A stretch of DNA of 64,000 bases from an uncultured bacterium (GTDB taxonomy: Bacteria; B130-G9), in assembly GCA_965372715.1 (NCBI GenBank), contig CBDVDH010000015.1, positions 2,779 through 66,778 on the forward strand, given 5' to 3'. The position numbers and the translations under genes are program-made. Shown piece after piece: positions 56,723 through 64,000 of this stretch; position 1 is the stretch's first letter, and each line of letters opens with the position of its first letter. The notes below the pieces were generated by a model. It did no database searches and had not been told where the DNA came from. It saw only the letters and a program-made list of their open reading frames with translations.

Positions 56723-58114
56723 TTGTCAGAGGTCATCACGGTTTCTCATGCGAGGCCCAAGCTGCCAGACGGGGTAGTTGAGCTTTCTCGTGCCGGTCAA
56801 TACCTTTTGCTGCACCCCAGATTGCCGAAGTTCGCGCTGCTAAACGACACCGCCCGGTTCATCGCATCCCTTTGTGACGGGCGCCGGACGAGTTCGGACA
56901 TAGCCCGGCTGGTCGCGAGCCACTACGGGATTGATGTTGACCGGGTCTCTTCTGACGTCGAATGCTCATTGAAGCAGCTTGAGGCGTCAGGGATGTTCAG
57001 CGACATGGTTCTAGACGAGAAGAGGTCTTTCGCGAGAGAAAACAAACGGGTTCATCTCACTATTACGGGCCACTGCAACCTCAGGTGCGCGCATTGCGGC
57101 ACGGTCGGTTCGCTGCACAAGGACGACGCCCTCACCACTTCAGACGTTAGATACATCGTGGATCAGTTGGCCGCAGTGCCGGGGTCCTCGATTGCGATCA
57201 CGGGAGGGGAGCCACTTCTTCGCAAGGACATTGTCGAAATCGTTGAATACTCCGCCCAACGGACAAAGACGATCGTCTCCACAAATGGGACGCTCGTGAC
57301 CGAGGAGCTTGCGAGGGGGCTCGGGCCACTTCCCGTGACGTTTCAGGTTAGTCTGGACGGTGCTACGGCGGAGGTTCACGACCCCATCCGAGGCTCAGGT
57401 GAGTTTCAGAGAGCGCTAAACGGCATCAAGCTGTTGCAGCGAAACGGAGCGGGGTCGAACGTCGAAATCTGCCGGACCGTCATGGGCCAGCCGGAGGACG
57501 ATTTTGATGCCCTGCTCGAGTTGGGTGAAAGCCTGGGAGTTGGGGGAATAAGGTTCCTTTGCCTGGCACGGTTGGGGCGGGCGGAGGACGACTACGATAT
57601 GCTCAATCCGACGTTTGGGAGCTTTCGAAAGTTCTATAAGGCTTACTTCAAGGCGATCTCTGATTCCGGCAGCAAGATTTCCGTGGGCGGCGGTATTCCA
57701 GGCCTTTACATCGACGTCCCGGACAGCACAATGTGGTGTCACGTTGGGGAGATGCTCGAGGTCGATCCGGAGGGGAAGATATATCCCTGCTCCATGTTGA
57801 ATCATCAGGAGTATGAGCTAGGCAATATCTGGGAGATGACGTTGCAGCAGGCTGCTGAATGCGATAGATTCATGCGGCTTCACGAGCTTCTCGCGGGCAG
57901 AGTCGAGAGGATCGAGGTGTGCAAGAAATGCGCCTTCAAGAACTACTGTCAGGGCGGATGCCCCGGAATGGCGCTGGTTGATAATGGGACTTTATTGGCA
58001 CAAGATGCCATTTGCGAGCTTCGCAAGGAGTTGTTTGAGGACCTTTTCTTCGAGGTTCTCCCGAAGCTCACGAGCAAACACGCTCTAAGCAGCTCTGAGG
58101 AGATTCAGATATAG
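56723..58114 (+). CDS. RRE-fused radical SAM/SPASM peptide maturase
   Basis: N-terminal RRE (LNDTARFIASLCDGRRT), CNLRCAHC, TGGEPLL, SLDG, SPASM CHVG...IYPC...CKKCAFKNYCQGGCP...C. Confidence 0.92.
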   Translation: MSEVITVSHARPKLPDGVVELSRAGQYLLLHPRLPKFALLNDTARFIASLCDGRRTSSDIARLVASHYGIDVDRVSSDVECSLKQLEASGMFSDMVLDEKRSFARENKRVHLTITGHCNLRCAHCGTVGSLHKDDALTTSDVRYIVDQLAAVPGSSIAITGGEPLLRKDIVEIVEYSAQRTKTIVSTNGTLVTEELARGLGPLPVTFQVSLDGATAEVHDPIRGSGEFQRALNGIKLLQRNGAGSNVEICRTVMGQPEDDFDALLELGESLGVGGIRFLCLARLGRAEDDYDMLNPTFGSFRKFYKAYFKAISDSGSKISVGGGIPGLYIDVPDSTMWCHVGEMLEVDPEGKIYPCSMLNHQEYELGNIWEMTLQQAAECDRFMRLHELLAGRVERIEVCKKCAFKNYCQGGCPGMALVDNGTLLAQDAICELRKELFEDLFFEVLPKLTSKHALSSSEEIQI

Positions 58115-58181
58115 CAATATCGAGGCGTGTCCGATACGCTTGGCTGTAGTTTCTTTCAAGTGAACGGTTCGGAGAGGTAGA

Positions 58182-59378
58182 TTGGCGCAACTGGTTACTC
58201 CAAGCCCCGAACAAGTCATCAAGAAGTTCGGCAAGCTCTGCGCTCACGCGGAGTACTATCGAGTATTTGAGCTCGATCTCTGTATCCGTTCTGACTCGGC
58301 AACCATCCTGTCGTATTTTGAGAAAATGTACTCGCATTTTGTTGTTCCGCCCCCGGATAAGCAGGTGCTCACTTACTACGTTATTGAGACACCGGTGGTT
58401 CGCGGGAACCCCGTCATCGTAGCTGACGACAGGGTTTACCTGGTTCGCAATCCGGACATATTACCCGGGTTTTCATACATGACTGTTTTCAACTCGTTTA
58501 TTGCCAAACTCCGGGAGCATTTTCTTATCCATTCGGGGGCCATGGAGTTCAAGGGCAACGGGATAATCATTCCGGGCGCGGCCCGCTGCGGCAAGACAAC
58601 CGTTACCCTATCGCTGATCGGCCGCGGGTTTTCTCTCTTCTCCGACGAGATCGCGGCGATTCACCGGCTCGACCACAAGGTCTATCCCTTCCCGAGGGGC
58701 CTCGGCATGCGCGAGGGAGTTGGGCACACTTTAAGGGGCGTTGACTTCGAGAGGCTCGAAACCATACCAATGATCGGTGGTGGTTTCAAACGCGTCCTGG
58801 ACATTGGTGAGCTGAAGGGAGCGCTGGCTACAGAGCCGTGTCCCGCGAAGTTCATATTCTTTCTTGTGCCATCTGTGGACGAGGACTACTCCCAGTTGGC
58901 GTCGCAGAAGGTTCTATACCTAATAACGAGTGATGTGCCCGGCAAAATGCTCGCCGAAATGGGCAAGGTTGATGGCGTTGAGTCGGTGGAGGTTACGGGC
59001 GACACCTCCGAGGCGAAGTTCCCAATCGTCCGTTTCCGCGTTCAGAGCGGCTATCCCGTCCTGGCGAAGCTGGAAGAGATATGCTACAATCACAATGTTC
59101 TGATCTTTGACACCGTCAAGGGTGAACACGTCAAACCTGACTTTGAGGGACGACCGCAGCTGACGCCAATGCCATATTCCAGGGCGATGTTTGAGCTTCT
59201 AACAAGGGCCCGGTCCGGCGCGCGCTCGGCGCTCTTGACCACCCAGTTCAAGGGAAGCGTCACAAAGATGTACCTTGCGCTCGCCGACATCGTCAGAAAG
59301 ACGAAATGCTACGAACTGGTCGTCGGCAGGCTCGACGAAATGATCGACATGATCGAAGAGACAGTTGCCGGCGATTAG
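58182..59378 (+). CDS. HPr kinase-related P-loop protein
   Basis: FLIHSGAM, Walker A GAARCGKTT, FSDEIAAI, PFPRGL. Confidence 0.8.
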   Translation: MAQLVTPSPEQVIKKFGKLCAHAEYYRVFELDLCIRSDSATILSYFEKMYSHFVVPPPDKQVLTYYVIETPVVRGNPVIVADDRVYLVRNPDILPGFSYMTVFNSFIAKLREHFLIHSGAMEFKGNGIIIPGAARCGKTTVTLSLIGRGFSLFSDEIAAIHRLDHKVYPFPRGLGMREGVGHTLRGVDFERLETIPMIGGGFKRVLDIGELKGALATEPCPAKFIFFLVPSVDEDYSQLASQKVLYLITSDVPGKMLAEMGKVDGVESVEVTGDTSEAKFPIVRFRVQSGYPVLAKLEEICYNHNVLIFDTVKGEHVKPDFEGRPQLTPMPYSRAMFELLTRARSGARSALLTTQFKGSVTKMYLALADIVRKTKCYELVVGRLDEMIDMIEETVAGD

Positions 59379-59419
59379 GTAAGAAGAACCTGATCTGCAC
59401 CTCGAAAGGGGGCTCGTAT

Positions 59420-62400
59420 ATGAAGATAACGCTCGCTTCAAGACCGTTTTTCCACCTTCTGCTGGCAGCCTCGCTCTTTGCGATGGTTTCGGGCCCAGTT
59501 TTTTGCGCCGAAATAGCGAAGGCCGTTGTGCGCGAGAGCGGCGAGAGTCATTTCCTAATTGATTTCGAGGCGCCCAGACCCACATTCGGATGGGACGAGC
59601 TTGAAGGTAATCTGTATGACGTTGTGAAGGTCGCTGGCTGTGAAAGCATCGGTGAGCCGGGCAGGCCGGATGTGCCGTTTCTGGGCTTCTTGCTTGCGGT
59701 CCCATCGGACTGCGAGCCTTCTGCCAATTGCGAATCGGCTCAGGATGAGGAGTTCTTCGGCTTTCACGTCGCGCCGAGCCCGCGGTTCGTCAGGGCGGAG
59801 CTGGGCGAGACGGTTGCTCTTGAGCCTCGCTTTGAGCTAGACGAGGAGCAATACAACACCGACGCCTACTACCCAGACTCGATCGTCGAGGCGGAGTACT
59901 TCGGGGTTCTGCGGGGGCAGCCGCTCATCCGTGTGATGGTCTTCCCGGTGAGGTTCAATCCGGTCTCGGGCAGCCTTCAGGTCATCAAGCGAGCGACCTT
60001 TACGGTGCACTTCGAGAGGGATTCGACCAAATCGCGTTGCAGCAGAGCAGGCGTTCTATATTCGGAGATTGGGTCATCGTCCAGAATGGTCGATGCGGTC
60101 AAGAGCTGCGTCGCAAACCCCGACGATGTCCAGCCCATTTTGGCCAGGGATGTCCCGGCCTCGGACCATGACGTGATACCGCTTGCGAACGGTTTGCACC
60201 AATACAAGATCGCCGTTAGCGAGGACAGCATCTACGAGGTTACGGGCGCCGACTTGGTTGCGGCGGGCATCACAATCTCGACGATCGCCCCGGACGGACT
60301 TGCGATAGGCAATCTAGGACAAGGTGTTGCGATTCTCGTCGAGGACGGCGCCGACGGAAGCTTTGATGAGTCGGACTACCTCCTGTTTTGGGGCGAGGCG
60401 CCGGAGAGCGAGTTCACGAACTACAACATATACTGGCTCGACTTCGATCGGGAAGTGGCTTTGAGAATGGAGGTTGTTGATGCTGCTCCGACCGGTGGGG
60501 CGCCGGTCGCCACGTCCTTTATCAATACACCACGATTTGAGGAGGACACAAGCTATTGGCAAAACATCCCCGACAGCGAGGGCGAGGACCACTACTTCTG
60601 GGGAGCCTATGTCCCAGCTCCTGACACCGAGACATATCCATTGGAAATCCACAACCTTTCAAGTGAGGCCTTCAACGCGACAATAATCGTTGAGTTCAGG
60701 GGAAGGACCGATATAACACGCGTTGATCCTGACCATCACACCCAGATACTGCTCAACGATCAGATCATCGATGACAAGACGTGGAACGGCCAGATCAAGT
60801 TCATTCACAGCATTACAGGTCCGCAGTCTCTGCTTCGGAATGGACGAAACGAACTGAAGGTGGAGTATCCGGGCGACCTAACGCTCGTTGACCAGGTCTT
60901 TTTCAACTACTTCCAGATCACGTATCTCGCGACGTTCGTGGCGACCGTCGGTGTGCTAGAGTTCTCGCCTCAGGAAACAGGCTTGACTGAGTTTCGAGTC
61001 AGCGGCTTTTCGTCGGACGAGATAATGGTGTTCGACGTGACTGACCCCTTTGGAGTGAAGAACCTCACGAACGTCTCTGTTGCGCCTGACGGTGACGGGT
61101 TCGCCGTGAGCTTTCAGGACGACACGTCTCCCGATAAGAGATATGTCGTCGCTCAGAGCTCAGCGTTTAGGACCGGGATGTCGCTTCAACCTGACATTCC
61201 CTCCTCTCTCATGTCGGCCGAGAACCGGGCCGACTATATCATCATCTCACACGCCAATTTCATTGAGGCAGCCGAGGGCATAGCCCAGCATCATGCGGCG
61301 AAGGGCGAGGTGGTGCTGCTGGCTGACGTTGAGGACATCTATGACGAGTTCAATTTCGGCCTAAAGAGCCCGCAGGCCATAAAGGATTTCCTGGAGTACG
61401 CGTATGAGAATTATTCACCGCCTCCTCCGACAGACGTGTTGCTCGTGGGCGATGCGGACATGGATTACAAAAACAGAGTTGGTTCGGAGGTCGATTTCGT
61501 GCCAACCCACGTTTACAACGATCCCGATACAAGGCGCCTCGGCGAGACGCCGACCGACAATTGGTTCGTGTGTGTTGATGGCCCGGACGTCCTGCCCGAC
61601 ATGAACATCGGGCGGATCTGCGCCAAACGCGCGAGCGACGTCGATGACGTGCTTGCCAAAATACAGGCTTATGACAACGGTCAGGCGAGCGGCGACTGGT
61701 TATATAGGGTGCTTCTTGTCGCCGACGGTGAGAGCGCCTCGGTTGCCATCAACCAACAACTGAGCTCGTTCTACCTGCCTGATGAGTATGAGGACACTCA
61801 CGTCAACTTCAATGACTACGGTTCAGGACAAGATGCCAATGAGGACATAATCTCAAATCTCAACGAAGGCTGTCTGCTGGTCAATTACGCGGGCCACGGT
61901 AACATAAACAGGTGGGCCAAGGGCATGTTCTCTTCAGGCGACGTGGCCGGGCTCCAAAACGGTGTTCGGATGCCGTTTGTGATAACTTTGACCTGCCTGA
62001 ACGGTTTCTTTCCACATCTGGACAGCACCGCGTGCTTGGGCGACGTTTTCATGAAAACGGCCGGGAAAGGCGCTATAGCCTCCTGGTCCCCGACCGGCGT
62101 TGACACACCCTCCAACCATTCGATACTGGTAAATGTGTTCTTCGAGTCGGTCTTCTATGATTTCAACTGCTACCTGGGCGCGGCCACGACGACCGCCAAG
62201 GTCCGGGGCTACGCGATCGCGGGATATAGCAGTTATTTCGACTGCATAGTCGAGACATTTACACTGTTCGGCGACCCCGGACTTGCACTCGCTGTTCCGA
62301 CGGCGCCGCCGGAGCCGCGTCTCACGGTCTGGACTGATAAGGAAACATATTACGCCGATCAGACTATCAACGTCGATGTGATGCTTGAGAACACCGGCGG

Positions 62401-62659
62401 CGCATCGATGCAGGTTGATGCCTACCTGGCTCTGGATTACAACGGAACGCTTCTCTACTATCCTAGCTTCGGCCTCGAGCCGGCGCCAATTCCCGTCGAT
62501 CTTCCCGCGTTTCTGAAGTTGAGGCTTCGCGCCGCCTCTTTGGCAGTGCCGAACCCGGCGCCTGCCGGGACATACGCGTTCTATGCGGCGCTGACACAGC
62601 CCGGCGACATGTCGCAGATCATCGGCGCAATAGACGCGGCGACGTTCGAGATCCGCTGA
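59420..62659 (+). CDS. C25 (gingipain/PorU-like) cysteine peptidase with propeptide and shared C-terminal domain
   Basis: Signal peptide from ATG 59420, GEPGRPDVP propeptide, ADYIIIS, DIYDEF, LLVGDA, DMNIGRI, catalytic NYAGHG and TLTCLNG, LFGDP. Confidence 0.9.
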   Translation: MKITLASRPFFHLLLAASLFAMVSGPVFCAEIAKAVVRESGESHFLIDFEAPRPTFGWDELEGNLYDVVKVAGCESIGEPGRPDVPFLGFLLAVPSDCEPSANCESAQDEEFFGFHVAPSPRFVRAELGETVALEPRFELDEEQYNTDAYYPDSIVEAEYFGVLRGQPLIRVMVFPVRFNPVSGSLQVIKRATFTVHFERDSTKSRCSRAGVLYSEIGSSSRMVDAVKSCVANPDDVQPILARDVPASDHDVIPLANGLHQYKIAVSEDSIYEVTGADLVAAGITISTIAPDGLAIGNLGQGVAILVEDGADGSFDESDYLLFWGEAPESEFTNYNIYWLDFDREVALRMEVVDAAPTGGAPVATSFINTPRFEEDTSYWQNIPDSEGEDHYFWGAYVPAPDTETYPLEIHNLSSEAFNATIIVEFRGRTDITRVDPDHHTQILLNDQIIDDKTWNGQIKFIHSITGPQSLLRNGRNELKVEYPGDLTLVDQVFFNYFQITYLATFVATVGVLEFSPQETGLTEFRVSGFSSDEIMVFDVTDPFGVKNLTNVSVAPDGDGFAVSFQDDTSPDKRYVVAQSSAFRTGMSLQPDIPSSLMSAENRADYIIISHANFIEAAEGIAQHHAAKGEVVLLADVEDIYDEFNFGLKSPQAIKDFLEYAYENYSPPPPTDVLLVGDADMDYKNRVGSEVDFVPTHVYNDPDTRRLGETPTDNWFVCVDGPDVLPDMNIGRICAKRASDVDDVLAKIQAYDNGQASGDWLYRVLLVADGESASVAINQQLSSFYLPDEYEDTHVNFNDYGSGQDANEDIISNLNEGCLLVNYAGHGNINRWAKGMFSSGDVAGLQNGVRMPFVITLTCLNGFFPHLDSTACLGDVFMKTAGKGAIASWSPTGVDTPSNHSILVNVFFESVFYDFNCYLGAATTTAKVRGYAIAGYSSYFDCIVETFTLFGDPGLALAVPTAPPEPRLTVWTDKETYYADQTINVDVMLENTGGASMQVDAYLALDYNGTLLYYPSFGLEPAPIPVDLPAFLKLRLRAASLAVPNPAPAGTYAFYAALTQPGDMSQIIGAIDAATFEIR

Positions 62660-62711
62660 TGCTCACTGCCTTCAGCCCCACAAACGGTTTGGCACAAAGC
62701 GTAGGAAGGGG

Positions 62712-63311
62712 TTGAAGTTGGCTGAACTAGACCATCGACTTGCGGACGAAGTCCTTGAGCTGTGGAAATCAAAGGGCAGGCAAAGCGTTCTGAAGACAAC
62801 AGGGCTCAGCATGGTCCCAACGCTCGAGCCTGGCGACGAGATCGTTGTTCGGCACGCTGATGTCCGCGAGATCAAGCGAGGAGACCTCGTCACCTTCAAG
62901 GTCGGGCCCGAGGTTGTAACCCACAGAGTCATCAAACGAATAGAAACAGATGGCAGCCTTTCGTTCCTTCAGAAAGGCGACAAAGGTACCAGAACCTTTC
63001 CTTTGCCCGCCGATTGCGTCGTCGGGAGAGTCGTCGAGATAAGGCTAAGGTCGGGCAGACACGTGATATCGCTGACTAGTCGGTTTGCCAGGTCGGCGGG
63101 TTACGCGGTCGCGCTGCTTGAGCTGCTGTTCGACGGACCGATTCGATACCTCTCAAAAAAACTAAAGGACAGGAACGGCAGTCGAGGGAGCGGGCCTCTA
63201 TTCTTCTACCGCGTTTTCCTGCGACTCAGAGACAAGACAATAGGCCCGGTTCTCAAAGTGGTGAGACTACTGTGCAGAACGTGCGTCAAGTCGGAGGGTG
63301 AGTCGGGGTAA
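62712..63311 (+). CDS. S24/S26 family (signal-peptidase-like, Ser-His) peptidase
   Basis: TGLSMVPTLEPGD, RGDLVTF, VTHRVI, QKGD, VVGRV. Confidence 0.85.
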   Translation: MKLAELDHRLADEVLELWKSKGRQSVLKTTGLSMVPTLEPGDEIVVRHADVREIKRGDLVTFKVGPEVVTHRVIKRIETDGSLSFLQKGDKGTRTFPLPADCVVGRVVEIRLRSGRHVISLTSRFARSAGYAVALLELLFDGPIRYLSKKLKDRNGSRGSGPLFFYRVFLRLRDKTIGPVLKVVRLLCRTCVKSEGESG

Positions 63312-63342
63312 TCCCAGACAGAAAGCCCACTGATCGGGGTAT

Positions 63343-63444
63343 GTAGGGGCGGTTCACGAACCGCCCTATGTGACCAATACGAGACGCGTTCGCGGGGCTG
63401 AATCCCCATCAATGTGGAAAGGGCGGCTCGTGAGCCGCCCCTAC
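63343..63444. repeat. Inverted REP pair (GTAG family)
   Basis: GTAGGGGCGGTTCACGAACCGCCC (identical to 30706-30729) ... GGGCGGCTCGTGAGCCGCCCCTAC. Confidence 0.82.
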
Positions 63445-63453
63445 AAGCCGCCC

Positions 63454-63999
63454 CTATGAGCCGCCCTCGTTAACCTTGGACTCAACCCAGAGCGAGTCCA
63501 TCAGCTCAAGCGTCGCGTCCCCAGGAGTCTTGCCCTCCTTGCTGAGCGACGCCTCAATATGTCTGAACCGGCGCTCAAAGCGCTGCACTGCGTCTCGAAG
63601 CGCGTCGTCGGGATTCGTTTTCAAGTATCTACCGAGGTTCAGCGCAATGAACAGAAGGTCCCCATATTCAGCGTCAATCCGAGCCTGGTGACCGGCATCC
63701 GTTGCCTCCTGGAGCTCGAGAATCTCCTCCCGTAACTTGTCGAGAGCGCCGGCGACATCCGGCCACTCGAACCCCACACGGCCAACCTTGTCCTGGACGA
63801 CAAGCGCCTGCATAAATCCTGGCAGCGACCGTGGAATATCGGCCAGCACCGACTTTGCGCCTCGTTCGCCCTTCTTGATCTCCTCCCAGTTCTTCAGGAC
63901 CTCCTTTGAATCCATGTTCTTTTTGTCCCCAAAGACGTGCGGATGCCTCCTTATGAGCTTATCGACCGCGGCCGAAAGAACGTCGCCGATGTTAAACTC
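63454..63999 (-). CDS. mazG: Nucleoside triphosphate pyrophosphohydrolase MazG, 5'-truncated by window edge
   Basis: KLIRRHPHVFG, NWEEIK, QDKVGRVGFEW, EYGDLLF, FERRFRHIE. Confidence 0.92.
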   Translation of the reverse strand, partial: EFNIGDVLSAAVDKLIRRHPHVFGDKKNMDSKEVLKNWEEIKKGERGAKSVLADIPRSLPGFMQALVVQDKVGRVGFEWPDVAGALDKLREEILELQEATDAGHQARIDAEYGDLLFIALNLGRYLKTNPDDALRDAVQRFERRFRHIEASLSKEGKTPGDATLELMDSLWVESKVNEGGS

Positions 64000-64000
64000 A

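Noticed and set aside
62689-62705. TTGGCAC upstream of the S26 peptidase as a sigma54 promoter
   Set aside because: No GC at the -12 position (reads TAG).
204-63691. Numerous antisense and alternate-frame ORFs in the supplied track (e.g. 26398-27315, 7741-8583, 11109-11786)
   Set aside because: They are shadows of well-supported genes in GC-rich DNA with no protein motifs.
1-64000. tRNA, rRNA, prophage, integrase or reverse transcriptase genes
   Set aside because: None recognised by eye on either strand.

Overview
Bacterial chromosomal window (roughly 57-60% GC by eye; gene content suggests an anaerobic, probably uncultured lineage). It contains a two-component/HDOD/HD-GYP signalling operon, surface-glycan genes (Wzy_C-TPR, flippase, GT2/GT4/GT-C), a lone microcompartment-type aldehyde dehydrogenase, a run of large secreted proteins including a multiheme cytochrome, four toxin-antitoxin pairs, a partial rnfDGEA operon, glnA, trxB, a CoA-disulfide reductase, an orphan DNA methyltransferase, galT and a Y1 HUH transposase with several REP-like palindrome families. 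Some REP copies sit in frame inside genes. Best candidates for something undescribed: (1) in the 1.3-kb gap at 55.0-56.3 kb, a complete sigma54-type transcription unit (two TGT-N11-ACA-like enhancer sites, a -24/-12 promoter and an intrinsic terminator) encoding a ~295-nt G-U-rich multibranch RNA with no convincing ORF; (2) directly downstream, a PqqD / RRE-radical SAM-SPASM / HPr-kinase-like / C25 protease / S26 peptidase cassette with no visible precursor peptide; (3) a ~110-aa domain shared by five exported proteins, four times at the C-terminus, which may be a lineage-specific sorting signal; (4) a PD-(D/E)xK nuclease-TPR protein that resembles a STAND defence protein lacking its ATPase. 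All calls come from motif reading by eye; no database searches or folding programs were run.
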